Below are positions 39,672 through 49,584 of a DNA stretch of 64,000 bases, one piece after another. The notes under the pieces were generated by a model, which saw only the letters and a program-made list of their open reading frames with translations, was not told the DNA's origin and made no database searches. Source of the DNA: Candidatus Bathyarchaeia archaeon (lineage in GTDB: Archaea > Thermoproteota > Bathyarchaeia > Bathyarchaeales > Bathycorpusculaceae); contig JAVZLM010000007.1 in the NCBI GenBank assembly GCA_038883775.1, forward strand, positions 64,001 through 128,000, read 5' to 3'. Made by a program: the position numbers and the translations under genes. Positions within the stretch are counted from its first letter, which is position 1. Each line of letters opens with the position of its first letter.

Positions 39672-41321
39672 TTGTCAACACAAGCTGGAGGAGTTCCAGT
39701 TTTAATATTAAAAGAAGGCTCAAGCCGAAGCCGCGGAAGAGAAGCCCAACACGCCAACATAATGGCTGCAAGAATTGTAGCCGAAACCGTGAAAAGTTCT
39801 TTAGGTCCGAAAGGCATGGATAAGATGCTTGTGGACAGCTTCGGCGATACAACCATCACAAGTGATGGACGCACAATTTTGGATGAAATGGACATTCAAC
39901 ATCCAGCCGCTAAAATGATGGTGGAAGTTGCAAAAACTCAAGACAACGAAGCCGGCGACGGCACAACAACAGCCGTAATATTAGCCGGCGAATTACTCAA
40001 CAAAGCCGAAGAACTTATTGGAAAAAATGTTCACCCAACCATAATAATAGATGGATACAAAAAAGCCAGCGAAAAGGCATTAGAAGTCTTAGAAAAGATA
40101 GCAATGCCAACTGGGTCAAACCGTGAAGAATACTTGAAAAAGGTGGCTATGACTTCCATGGCAAGCAAGTTAGTAGCCGAACACAGAGAATACTTGGCTG
40201 AGCTTGCAGTTAAGGCGGTCCTAGAAGTTGCAGAAAAAGAAAATGGAAAATACAAAGTGGACATTGACGACATTAAAGTTGAAAAGAAACCAGGCGAATC
40301 CCTAAGAGACACCAAACTCATTCAGGGCATAGTTTTAGACAAAGAAGTTGTCCACTCTGGCATGCCAAAACGGGTGGAAAAAGCCAAAATAGCCTTACTG
40401 GATACCGCATTGGAAATTGAGAAGACAGAGTTTGACGCGAAAATAAACATTGAAAGCCCAGAGCAAATGGACGCCTTCCTCAAACAAGAGGAAGAAATGC
40501 TAAAGCAAATGGTTGAAAAGATAGAGGCAGTAGGCGCAAACGTTGTCTTATGTCAAAAAGGCATCGATGACATGGCACAGCACTTCTTAGCCAGAAAAGG
40601 AATTCTTGCAGTTCGCAGAATCAAAAAGTCAGACATGGAAAAACTTTCAAAAGCCACTGGTGGAAAAATAATAACCAACATAGACGACATGAGCCCCTCT
40701 GACCTGGGCTATGCAAGCCTCGTTGAGGAACGCAAGATAGGCGACGACAAAATGACTTTCGTCGAAGGATGCAAACATCCAAGAGCGGTTACGATTTTGA
40801 TAAGGGGTGGAACAGAACGCATAGTAGACGAAGCTGAACGCTCACTGCATGACGCATTATGCGTGGTTCGAGACGTGGTTGAAGAACCAAAAATCTTGGC
40901 TGGGGGCGGAGCACCAGAGCTTGAAATTTCACGGGCTCTTAAAAAATACGCTGAAACCCTTCCAGGCAGAGAGCAGCTTGCAGTTAAAAGCTTCGCAGAA
41001 GCCCTCGAAGTAGTTCCAGTAACACTAACAGAAAACGCTGGCTTAGACCCAATAGACATACTGTCGGAACTGCGAGCACGCCACGAAAAGGGTGAAACAT
41101 GGGCTGGAATAGAAGTAAACTCTGGAAAAGTCCAAGACATGAGCGAAGCCGGAGTCTTCGAGCCTTTGGCTGTTAAAAAACAAATCGTTAAATCTGCTGG
41201 AGAAGCCGCCTCAATGATACTTAAGATTGATGATGTGATTGCTGCTGGAAAAATGAAAGCTCCTCCAACACCTCCGGGTGGCCCCTCTGGGGCTGGGTAT
41301 CCGGGCGCTGGGGAGTATTAG
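39672..41321 (+). CDS. ths: Thermosome (group II chaperonin) subunit
   Basis: [26 protein letters not shown]; TTG start after GGAGG. Confidence 0.97.
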   Translation: MSTQAGGVPVLILKEGSSRSRGREAQHANIMAARIVAETVKSSLGPKGMDKMLVDSFGDTTITSDGRTILDEMDIQHPAAKMMVEVAKTQDNEAGDGTTTAVILAGELLNKAEELIGKNVHPTIIIDGYKKASEKALEVLEKIAMPTGSNREEYLKKVAMTSMASKLVAEHREYLAELAVKAVLEVAEKENGKYKVDIDDIKVEKKPGESLRDTKLIQGIVLDKEVVHSGMPKRVEKAKIALLDTALEIEKTEFDAKINIESPEQMDAFLKQEEEMLKQMVEKIEAVGANVVLCQKGIDDMAQHFLARKGILAVRRIKKSDMEKLSKATGGKIITNIDDMSPSDLGYASLVEERKIGDDKMTFVEGCKHPRAVTILIRGGTERIVDEAERSLHDALCVVRDVVEEPKILAGGGAPELEISRALKKYAETLPGREQLAVKSFAEALEVVPVTLTENAGLDPIDILSELRARHEKGETWAGIEVNSGKVQDMSEAGVFEPLAVKKQIVKSAGEAASMILKIDDVIAAGKMKAPPTPPGGPSGAGYPGAGEY

Positions 41322-41348
41322 GATACGTCTAAAAAAGAGAAGAAAATT

Positions 41349-41585
41349 TTGATAGGTCCTCCGAAGCTTACCCGTTTCGAAAAGGCTAGGATAGTGGGAG
41401 CTAGGGCTTTACAAATATCCATGGGGGCTCCGATACTTGTGGAGATTTCTGAAGGGTTTTCCAGTCCCATAGACATAGCCCTAAAAGAGCTTGAAGCTGG
41501 AATTTTGCCGATGACTATTAGGCGAACATTGCCAGACGGCACATACCAAGATATTCCGCTTAAATGGTTGCTAGAGGAAACATAA
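41349..41585 (+). CDS. rpoK: RNA polymerase subunit Rpo6 (K)
   Basis: [22 protein letters not shown]. Confidence 0.97.
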   Translation: MIGPPKLTRFEKARIVGARALQISMGAPILVEISEGFSSPIDIALKELEAGILPMTIRRTLPDGTYQDIPLKWLLEET

Positions 41586-42401
41586 TTAGAATGGTGGAGG
41601 AGGCGGAGGAGGAACCTTCAAGCTTTCTTCTCTTGCTCGCATGGAATAATAGTAGAATGCTGATGCGATTGGAATGATTGGGGCAATTACTGAGCTAACA
41701 ATGATGCAAGCTAATGTACCGTATATTCCAAGCGGAGCCAAAATCAGATTTGCTACAAAAGCTAAAGCCCCAGTTATCAGTCCAAGTATTAATGCTAGGG
41801 CAAACGTTTTAAGCCATCTATTACTTACAAGCTCTCTACTTCTAGACAAGCTTTCAAAAGCACCCTTCTGTTCCACTATAATAACTGGAATTACAAGATA
41901 GAACATTATGTATATTATTATGCCTGGGATTATAAAAAGCAGCATACCCAAAATTGTTAGGATTCCAACTATCAGCGATGCAACTAAAAGGGAAGGAAGC
42001 TTTGAAACAGCGAAATTGAAGGAGTCGCTCAAACTTGCCTTCCCTTTTTCAATAATGTCAGAAGCAGATTTAATCAAAACTCCAGAGACAACATTACCTA
42101 TCAACCATGAAATTATGGCGATAAGAAAGGCTAAAGCCATAAGCGTCAAGAACATGTTCAAAAACCTAGGCAAAACAGTTTCTGGAGGACCAGTAAAATC
42201 TATTTTTGTGATTTCTTCTGTGTAAGTGAGTATTGGAAGGTCCAGCAGAGCTGAGATGATACTAAATATCAGGTACGGTATGAAGAAGATACCAAAGTTG
42301 TTAAGGTATAAACTAAATGTTAAGGAAATGTTTTCTTCAATGGTCAATTCACGTGTAGGCTTTGATGATGTGAACATCTGATTCTTATTTATATTGTTCA
42401 A
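41586..42401 (-). CDS. Polytopic membrane protein (GDPD-membrane-domain-like), poly-Pro C-terminus
   Basis: LLFIIPGII, ESLSRSRELV, about 6 TM segments. Confidence 0.75.
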   Translation of the reverse strand: MNNINKNQMFTSSKPTRELTIEENISLTFSLYLNNFGIFFIPYLIFSIISALLDLPILTYTEEITKIDFTGPPETVLPRFLNMFLTLMALAFLIAIISWLIGNVVSGVLIKSASDIIEKGKASLSDSFNFAVSKLPSLLVASLIVGILTILGMLLFIIPGIIIYIMFYLVIPVIIVEQKGAFESLSRSRELVSNRWLKTFALALILGLITGALAFVANLILAPLGIYGTLACIIVSSVIAPIIPIASAFYYYSMRAREESLKVPPPPPPPF

Positions 42402-42427
42402 TGGTTTTAATAAATTTGTGTTTTAAT

Positions 42428-42916
42428 TTATGTTCGCTTTTCTAAGACCTCTAGATTTTCCTTTGCTGTTTCAAGGGTTTTTCTTATTTTTGTCCAGTGG
42501 GCTCCTTGCCAGTAAATTTTTCCGCATTTTGGGCATTCCCAAAACTCGTTGTAGTATGTGAATGTGCTTTTTTCCACTTTGTCTGCTGCTTTTTCTTTTG
42601 GTATTGGTTTCACTTTTGCGTTGCATTTTGGGCATCTTGATGTTGCCATGTCTATGTCTAATTGGATTTTGAATCTTTTTGCAAGTTGCGCCAGTCTTTC
42701 GGCTTCGTTTGTTCCTTCAAGATAGAAGGCGTTTACCCCTTTTGCTGTGGCTTGTTGATAAAGCTCCAAATCTCGTGTGAGAAGGATTCTCCGTTCCTTT
42801 TTTGCTATGGTGATTAGCTGGTTGTCGTCAAGTTTGCTTGAATATTTCACATTGTGCCCTAACATGCGAAGCCAACGGGTAAGTTTTCCAAGCATACCAT
42901 CTGTGATGAACTTCAA
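42428..42916 (-). CDS. Mut7-C RNase (PIN-like) domain protein
   Basis: DGMLGKLTRWLRMLG, LLTRD, RCPKCN, CPKCGKIYWQGAH. Confidence 0.92.
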   Translation of the reverse strand: MKFITDGMLGKLTRWLRMLGHNVKYSSKLDDNQLITIAKKERRILLTRDLELYQQATAKGVNAFYLEGTNEAERLAQLAKRFKIQLDIDMATSRCPKCNAKVKPIPKEKAADKVEKSTFTYYNEFWECPKCGKIYWQGAHWTKIRKTLETAKENLEVLEKRT

Positions 42917-42918
42917 AT

Positions 42919-44289
42919 TTATTCTCTCCGAATTATTTCTCCACATCCAGCCTCAGCGACTATTTCGCCTTCATCCATGACCAAATGACCTTTAACAAAG
43001 GTTTTTACTGGTTTTCCTTTAACCTTGTATCCCTCGAAGGGAGAGAATTTCGCTTTTGAATGGAATTTTGATGCGTCTATTTTGCCTTTTCTTTTTAAAT
43101 CAATAACTGTCAAGTCTGCAAAATTTCCTTTTTCTATGGCACCCCTGCCCTTAAGTTTAAAGATTTCGGCTGGTTTTTCTGCCATTAACTTGACAACATC
43201 CGCTATTGACAATCTTCCATGGTTAACTTCCGTGAGTAAAAGCGGCAATGTTGTTTCTAAACCTGGTATTCCAACCTTAACATTCCAAACATTTTCAGCC
43301 TTTTTCTCTGCCAAAGTATGCGGAGCATGGTCTGAAGCTAAAATGTCGATCCAACCACTTTTAACGCCATGCCAAAGAGCTAAAGCGCTCTTTCTGTTTC
43401 GGACTGGCGGCAAAGTCAATGTTAAAGTGCCAATTTTCCTCAAGTCTTTAACCGATAAAAACATGTGATGAGGTGTGGCTTCGCAGCTTATTGGTAATCC
43501 TAAACTTTTTCCTTTCATTATTGTTTCCAGTCCCTTTTTTGTGCTTACGTGGCAAAAATGTATGGGGACACGGGTTTGTTTGACGATTTTTAGCAAACGT
43601 TTTACGACTTTCCATTCTGCATTTTCCGAATGCGCTTTCAAAAATGCTTCAATGTCATTGCGATTAAGCCGTTTATAGTTTTCTTCAGCTCTTTTTATCG
43701 TTTCTTTATCTTCTGCGTGAACAGCCACCAAAGTTTTCAATTTGGCAATAGTCTCAAATGCTTCCAACAAGGTTTTATCATCGTCTATATTTAATCCGCC
43801 CACTTGTTCCATCATGAAAAGCTTGAAGGCGACAGCCCCTGCCTTAACAATTGCTTGAATCTCATTCATTCTCTTTGGAAATTCAGAGTAAAAGCCAACA
43901 TTAACCAAAATCTTTTTTTCAGCAATTTCCATGCGCCTTCTTAAAGTTTCAGTGCTCATGGTTACTGGGTCGTTGTTTGGCATGTCTAAAACTGTTGTTA
44001 TCCCCCCCGCTGCAGCAGCCGCTGTTCCACTGTAAAAGTCTTCTTTGTAGGCTTTTCCCTCATCCCTCAAATGCGTGTGAATATCTATTAAACCAGGCAA
44101 AATTAGGAGATTTTTTGAATCCATTTTTTCTTCTGCTTTTGGCATGTTTGCTTCTTTGCCTATACTGTAGATTTTGCCGTTTTCTATGGCGATGCTACAC
44201 TCTACTAATTTTTTGTTTACGTAGGCTTTCGCGTTGCTTAAAACTAAGTCAACGGTCAAAGCGGACGCTCTCTCTTTTATTTCAAACAT
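42919..44289 (-). CDS. pyrC: Dihydroorotase family protein (probable start TTG 44259)
   Basis: PGLIDIHTHLR, DMPNN, HAED, CHVS, EATPHH, SDHAPH. Confidence 0.88.
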   Translation of the reverse strand: MFEIKERASALTVDLVLSNAKAYVNKKLVECSIAIENGKIYSIGKEANMPKAEEKMDSKNLLILPGLIDIHTHLRDEGKAYKEDFYSGTAAAAAGGITTVLDMPNNDPVTMSTETLRRRMEIAEKKILVNVGFYSEFPKRMNEIQAIVKAGAVAFKLFMMEQVGGLNIDDDKTLLEAFETIAKLKTLVAVHAEDKETIKRAEENYKRLNRNDIEAFLKAHSENAEWKVVKRLLKIVKQTRVPIHFCHVSTKKGLETIMKGKSLGLPISCEATPHHMFLSVKDLRKIGTLTLTLPPVRNRKSALALWHGVKSGWIDILASDHAPHTLAEKKAENVWNVKVGIPGLETTLPLLLTEVNHGRLSIADVVKLMAEKPAEIFKLKGRGAIEKGNFADLTVIDLKRKGKIDASKFHSKAKFSPFEGYKVKGKPVKTFVKGHLVMDEGEIVAEAGCGEIIRRE

Positions 44290-44293
44290 GAAA

Positions 44294-45202
44294 TTATTCT
44301 ATTATTTTAAAGAAATCTCTTTCCGTTAAGATCCCTACAAGTTTCTCATTTTCAACAACTGGTATAGCGCCCACGTTCTTTTCTCGCATAATTTTTGCTG
44401 CCTTGCCAATGTCTGCATTTGGTTCGATTGTTGCAACTTCTTTCGTTGCTATTTCTATGGCGAGCGTGTTTAGAACTTGGATTATGTTTCCCGATTGTAA
44501 GTATGTGAAAACTTTTCCTGAACCGAAAAATCTTATGATGTCCATGGCTGTTATTATGCCCATTATCTTGCCGTCAGACACTATGGGCAGTCTTCTAAAT
44601 CCTTGAGTTGCCATTGTTTTTTCAGCCTCAAAAATTGTTGTTTTTAGCATGGCGGTAACAACTTTTTCTGACATCAACTCGGCAACTTTTACGCCGCTCA
44701 TTCTGTCGGCAAACATGTTGGCTATGTCCCTTTCAGTGATTATTGCTCTAACGCGGTTTTCTTCGTCAACCACTGGTAAACCGCCAAGATTTTTCTCCCT
44801 CATCAGTTTTACTGCTTCACTTATTTTTGAAGAAGTTTTAACGGAAACAACATTTTTTGTCATTATGAGTCTCACCGGCTCGTTTATGGCTTTGAAAAAG
44901 TTTCCGCCATGTTTCTGCTGAATTATTTCAAATTTTTTCCCACCACCAAGATAGTCGATTAGGTCTGTGGCTGTTATGATTCCTTCAAGGGCTTTTGTTC
45001 CTGGGTTGGCTATGGGTATTCGGCGAAAACCTTCCTTTGCCATGATTCGGATTGCATCGTAAATTGGTGTGGTGGGCGCCATGGTTACAACAGGGCTTTT
45101 TGCGATGTGCATTATTTCGCTTTCACGTTTTTTCGAAGGATGAACCCTCAAAGAGAGGGGCCCTCTCTCCTTTAATGTCCTTCTAAAGGTTTCTCTGCTC
45201 AA
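44294..45202 (-). CDS. CBS-domain protein (4 CBS)
   Basis: Repeated FRRIPI/GIIT...D CBS motifs. Confidence 0.9.
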   Translation of the reverse strand: MSRETFRRTLKERGPLSLRVHPSKKRESEIMHIAKSPVVTMAPTTPIYDAIRIMAKEGFRRIPIANPGTKALEGIITATDLIDYLGGGKKFEIIQQKHGGNFFKAINEPVRLIMTKNVVSVKTSSKISEAVKLMREKNLGGLPVVDEENRVRAIITERDIANMFADRMSGVKVAELMSEKVVTAMLKTTIFEAEKTMATQGFRRLPIVSDGKIMGIITAMDIIRFFGSGKVFTYLQSGNIIQVLNTLAIEIATKEVATIEPNADIGKAAKIMREKNVGAIPVVENEKLVGILTERDFFKIIE

Positions 45203-45214
45203 AATATCATCCTC

Positions 45215-46000
45215 TCATTTAACAACTAACCTAACAACATCCTCTCTGTCAACTATGCCAATCAATTTACCCTGCTTATTTATTACGGGAACCCTTCCAA
45301 TATCTTTTGAAACCATGATTTTTGCAACTCTAATCATTTTTATGTGTGGTTCTACGGCTATAACTTGAGTATTCATGACTGAAGAAATTTTGGAAGACCC
45401 TCGAAAGCGTCCCTTCTTTGACTCAAATGTAGGTAATAACGCTCCACTTTGGATGAGGTCTTTTTGTGTGACAATTCCCACTAACTTATCATTTTTTGTG
45501 ACGGGCAATCCTCCAAGGGATTTGGTTTGCATCAAGCGCCAAATGTTGTCCAACTCATCTTCTGGAGAACAAGCCAAAACATTTTTTGACATTACTTCTT
45601 CAACAGTTCTAGCAAGTTTTTCTGGGCTCGTCTTAATTATGGCTTCGATGAAGTTTTCTAAGCCAAAAACTCCCATGTAATTTCTGTCTTGAATAGTGTT
45701 TATGACTGGTGTATTCCATTCGTCCAGTCGAATCATTTCTTTAACAGCGGAAACGGCATCATCTTCTATTGTTGCTGTGTGTTTTGGGTTTCTCATTATT
45801 CCTTTAACTCTTATTGGAGAGACGGCGGAGGAAATTGTCATGACGTCGCTGCGGGAAACTATGCCAATAAGCTTTTTAGTTTTGTCTATTACTGGGAGAA
45901 TTCTTAGGGCAAAATCGCGGATTATTGCTCTGGCTTTGGTGGCAAGTTCATCTTCATAAATGAATGGGTGCTTTTCATTCATGATTTCTTTAACACGCAA
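45215..46000 (-). CDS. CBS-domain protein (4 CBS)
   Basis: LPVID/GIVSRSD, GIVTQKD, GIVDRED. Confidence 0.9.
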   Translation of the reverse strand: MRVKEIMNEKHPFIYEDELATKARAIIRDFALRILPVIDKTKKLIGIVSRSDVMTISSAVSPIRVKGIMRNPKHTATIEDDAVSAVKEMIRLDEWNTPVINTIQDRNYMGVFGLENFIEAIIKTSPEKLARTVEEVMSKNVLACSPEDELDNIWRLMQTKSLGGLPVTKNDKLVGIVTQKDLIQSGALLPTFESKKGRFRGSSKISSVMNTQVIAVEPHIKMIRVAKIMVSKDIGRVPVINKQGKLIGIVDREDVVRLVVK

Positions 46001-46009
46001 AAATCGCCC

Positions 46010-46606
46010 TCACCCTTCCTCTTCTTCTAACTCCACTCTACACTCTTCACAGACAAATTCTCCATTAACCTCTTTTAAATCTTCAGACCATCCGCCACAG
46101 CGGTCACAATAACCAGCAAGTGGAGTAGATTCTTCAGCGCTTTCTTGAGCCCTGTTTTCGCCTTCTATAAGTGCCCGCTCTTGGATAGTTTCCACAAGTT
46201 CGGGCATAACTGCCAAAATGTCTTTGCTTGAAACCAACCCAATAAGCTGCCCCTTATAAACGACTCCTAACCTTCTTATGTTTAAACGGCTCATTCTTCT
46301 TGCTGCCTCATTAATTGTTTCATGAGGCTCTATGGTGATTAAGGGCGAGGTCATAACCTCTTTTGTTTGGATAGAGTCTGGCTTAACATTTTTAGCTAAA
46401 ACTCTGGCAACCAAATCTCTTTCAGTTATTATCCCTAACGGTTTTCCTTCCTTGTTCGTCACTATTATACAGCCCAATCCATGCTTTTCCATCAATTCTG
46501 CAGCCTTGTTAACAGGCGCGTCTTCTTCTATGGTTATAACTGGACTGCTCATGACATCTCTTACCAGCATCCTCGACCTTAATCCAATTTCAGCCATTCT
46601 TTTCAA
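46010..46606 (-). CDS. CBS-pair protein with C-terminal zinc finger
   Basis: GIITERD; GYCDRCG...CEEC. Confidence 0.9.
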   Translation of the reverse strand: MKRMAEIGLRSRMLVRDVMSSPVITIEEDAPVNKAAELMEKHGLGCIIVTNKEGKPLGIITERDLVARVLAKNVKPDSIQTKEVMTSPLITIEPHETINEAARRMSRLNIRRLGVVYKGQLIGLVSSKDILAVMPELVETIQERALIEGENRAQESAEESTPLAGYCDRCGGWSEDLKEVNGEFVCEECRVELEEEEG

Positions 46607-46749
46607 CCACTGGGAAACCTTGCCCTTTTTAGTTTAAGCTTCACTCAACTCAAAATAAACAACATGCTTTTAAAACTTGCCGTGTCACATGAAAAACTAA
46701 TTAAGATGTTTTACTAAAAGGTTCAGTCTAAAATAAGGAGGAATAATAA

Positions 46750-47640
46750 ACGTTAAAAATAAATGTTGAAAAATTGGTGAAATTATCTGTTGTAGGCGAA
46801 GTTACAAGTCCAGTTTATGGAAGAGACATCTATAGAGTTTCTGCCCAAGGAATTCCCATGGTTTTGCCAGGCGTCGGCGGAATCACATACAACGTGCGCG
46901 TAGGCGACCCAGCTTGCGGATGGGAGGCAGACCATGTTGAACCAGGCGTAAGCTTAGAAAATAAAGAAAACGACCCCCGTTATGGACAAGGTGCAAACAT
47001 TGCTTTTAATGTACTTTCATGTGTTGGAAACGAAGCAGTTGTGGTTGGAGGCGAAGCTAAGGGCGCAAAAGGAGTCGTAACTGGAAAGCATGGCGGAATA
47101 GAGCATGTCCTCGTGGATTTTCAGCCTGAAACCCTTGAAAAACTCATGTTAGGCGACAAAGTTCTCGTTAAAGCTTTCGGCGTAGGCTTAAAACTTTTAG
47201 ACTTTCCAGAAGTGAAGGTTATGAATATGGACCCACGTTTTCTCGAAGCTTTAGACCCCAAACCCAACGGCGACAAATTGGAGGTCCCTGTTACGCACGT
47301 GATTCCGGCGGCTATAATGGGTTCAGGTTTAGGAGCAAACCAAACATATTCTGGGGATTATGACATTCAACTCTTCGATGAAGAAACTCGGAAGGAGTAT
47401 GGACTTGACGACTTGAGACTTGGAGATTTGGTGGCAATCCTTGATGCAGACCACTCTTATGGGCGAATATACAAGAAAGGTGCTGTTTCAGTTGGCATTG
47501 TTGTCCACACAAACTGCGTCACCTCTGGCCATGGACCTGGAGTTACAACTCTCTTCACGTCTTCAACTGGAAAGATTATTCCAAAAATTGATGCAAAGGC
47601 TAACATTGCTTCGATTTTAAAGTTGAGGACAGATATATAA
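46750..47640 (+). CDS. DUF4438 family protein (probable ACG start at 46750; first canonical start is TTG 46774)
   Basis: PGVGGITYN, DHVEPGVS, GKHGG, GDYDI, GHGPGVTT; AGGAGG ends 8 nt before the ACG. Confidence 0.85.
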   Translation, partial: TLKINVEKLVKLSVVGEVTSPVYGRDIYRVSAQGIPMVLPGVGGITYNVRVGDPACGWEADHVEPGVSLENKENDPRYGQGANIAFNVLSCVGNEAVVVGGEAKGAKGVVTGKHGGIEHVLVDFQPETLEKLMLGDKVLVKAFGVGLKLLDFPEVKVMNMDPRFLEALDPKPNGDKLEVPVTHVIPAAIMGSGLGANQTYSGDYDIQLFDEETRKEYGLDDLRLGDLVAILDADHSYGRIYKKGAVSVGIVVHTNCVTSGHGPGVTTLFTSSTGKIIPKIDAKANIASILKLRTDI

Positions 47641-47684
47641 GGTGGCTTCGCCTTATTGTTGTTGGCATTTGAGGAGTAGAGAAT

Positions 47685-47978
47685 TTGCCTTATAAAAGAA
47701 AAAGTCGCGGACGTTCGAAAGGCGGCAAAGGTCTTAGTGGTGCTGTTCAATGTGCCATGTGTGGACAGCTTGTTCCCAGAGACAAAGCCAAAAAGGTTAC
47801 TCGAAGGCTTTCTTTTGTTGACCCAGCCCTAGCAAAGGAGCTCCGCCAAAAGGGCACCTATATTGCTGCTCCCTTGGAAACAAAATATTATTGTATCTCA
47901 TGCGCTGTGCATCGTGGTATTGTGAAGGTTAGGGCTCGGGAGGAAAGGCGCAGCCGTTTACGCCCCAGAAAATTTTAA
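47685..47978 (+). CDS. rps26e: 30S ribosomal protein S26e
   Basis: KRKSRGRSKG, CAMCG..VPRDKAKK, YCISCAVHRGIVKVR. Confidence 0.95.
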   Translation: MPYKRKSRGRSKGGKGLSGAVQCAMCGQLVPRDKAKKVTRRLSFVDPALAKELRQKGTYIAAPLETKYYCISCAVHRGIVKVRAREERRSRLRPRKF

Positions 47979-48572
47979 TTTTTTATAAACATGCAAACTT
48001 CTCTGCAATACCGTTAGATTCGAGAGGATTGCAAGTAAAATTATGCCAGCATTCATTATCTCTTGTGTTTGTGACTGCCAAAGGAAGGCTATCAGGGTTG
48101 TAATGGCCAATATTATTATGCGTTCAGCCCTTTCAGCCAGTCCTACCGACTCCATCTTTATTTCAGCTGCCTCCGCCCTTGCACGAGTATAACTTACCAA
48201 TAAAGAGCCTATTAGGGCTATCAAACCCCAGAGGGAGGCACATAATCCACCCAAAATTATTCCCATATAAACTATGGCGTCGGCATACCTATCCAATAAA
48301 GAGTCTAAAAAGCCGCCAAAAGGCGTTGTTTTTTGGTATGTTCTGGCTATTATGCCATCTAATGCATCGCAAAAGCCTGAAAGCAAAAGGAGGACTGTGG
48401 CGAGGAAGAGGTAAAGCGTGTTTGTTTGCCATTGCATATATGCCATTGCTGAGAGGAAGGCTAAGATTATGCCAACGAGGCTGATCATGTTAGGCGTTAA
48501 GCCTATCTTATGTGCTGCTTCTGCCTCAGCAAGAAGCATTTTTTGAAATTTTTCTTTGAGTTTCGTAAGCAT
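47958..48572 (-). CDS. pgsA: CDP-alcohol phosphatidyltransferase (archaetidylinositol-phosphate synthase-like)
   Basis: TPNMIS, DALDGIIAR...GGFLDSLLDRYAD, SYTRARAE. Confidence 0.9.
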   Translation of the reverse strand: MLTKLKEKFQKMLLAEAEAAHKIGLTPNMISLVGIILAFLSAMAYMQWQTNTLYLFLATVLLLLSGFCDALDGIIARTYQKTTPFGGFLDSLLDRYADAIVYMGIILGGLCASLWGLIALIGSLLVSYTRARAEAAEIKMESVGLAERAERIIILAITTLIAFLWQSQTQEIMNAGIILLAILSNLTVLQRSLHVYKKLKFSGA

Positions 48573-48655
48573 ATGAACATCGCCGTTTATTTTAGGGAGC
48601 GATTGTTATTTAAGCATGTGAAGATAAATTTGTTTAACAAAAGAGGTGTTTCGTT

Positions 48656-48949
48656 ATGATAAATGTGACATCCTTAAAGGTTAACGACAGAGCATGTTTG
48701 GGTTTGCGTGTTGAACTTCCAGATTCGCCGCCGCTTTTAGTTATCATAGCAGATAGGGGGTTTGTCATGTGCGGGTTTTTGAACATGGATGTTGCTGAAC
48801 GTTTGGGCGTGGCTGCTGCTATGGTTAGTGGCGTTAAAACCTTTGACGACGTTTTGAATACAAGTGTTAAAGCTGTGACAAGTAAAGCTGAAATGTTTGG
48901 CGTTAAAGTTGGAATGAAAGGCGCAGAAGCTTTAAAACTTATGCTTTAA
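48656..48949 (+). CDS. DUF1805 / YunC family protein
   Basis: GFVMCGFLN, AAMVSGVKT, GMKGAEAL. Confidence 0.88.
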   Translation: MINVTSLKVNDRACLGLRVELPDSPPLLVIIADRGFVMCGFLNMDVAERLGVAAAMVSGVKTFDDVLNTSVKAVTSKAEMFGVKVGMKGAEALKLML

Positions 48950-48992
48950 AATGTTTCAAAGCAAACTGACGCTTTAGTGTTTTCTATGTTCG

Positions 48993-49039
48993 TTTGGCTT
49001 TAAAATCAACCAATACGAACCCTACCCTCTAGTTTTTCA
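48993..49039 (+). repeat. Dispersed ~48-bp intergenic repeat, copy 2
   Basis: TTTGGCTTTAAAATCAACCAATACGAACCCTACCCTCTAGTTTTTCA. Confidence 0.85.
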
Positions 49040-49082
49040 CTAAAATAGATTAAATAAATGGGTTGTTATTTTGTAATAGTTT

Positions 49083-49578
49083 ATGATATCCAAAGATGAA
49101 GCTTTGAGGCTTATTGAGGGTAGGAGCAAGTATTCTCATGCTTTGATAGTTTCTTGTATGATGAAATAGTTGGCAAAGGAGAGGTGAATGTTGGTTGGGC
49201 TATTGCATGATTTGGATTATGACATGGTTAGAAATGACATGAGGATGCATGGTGTTGTTGCTGCTTAATGTTGAAAGGAAAGCTACAAAAGAATGCGTTT
49301 ACGCCATTAAGGTTCATGATTACAGAAGCGGAATTAAACCAAAAAGCAAGCTTGACAAGGCATTGATAGCAACAGATTCGCTGGCAAGTCTAATGGAGAA
49401 AATGGGAATAGAAGTTGAAAAATTAAGTGTGGAAAAGCTGCGAGCAGAGTTAGAAAATGTTTCCGCAACTAGCCCATGGTACAAAAGTAATGTGTTAAAA
49501 TGTGAAGAATTTGGGCTGAGAATAGATGATTTCTTACGGTTATGCTTAAACTCTATAAAGAAAGGAAAAGATGGATAA
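49083..49578 (+). pseudogene. Degraded HD-domain (HDIG-type) phosphohydrolase gene
   Basis: MISKDEAL...HAL...GLLHDLDYD...HG...AIKVHD...ALIATD, with in-frame stops at 49167, 49185 and 49266 plus frameshifts near 49270-49290. Confidence 0.85.
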
Positions 49579-49584
49579 TGCGGA

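Noticed and set aside
49083-49290. In-frame TAG and TGA in the HD gene, considered as pyrrolysine or selenocysteine recoding
   Set aside because: All three stop types plus frameshifts occur together, which indicates ordinary decay.
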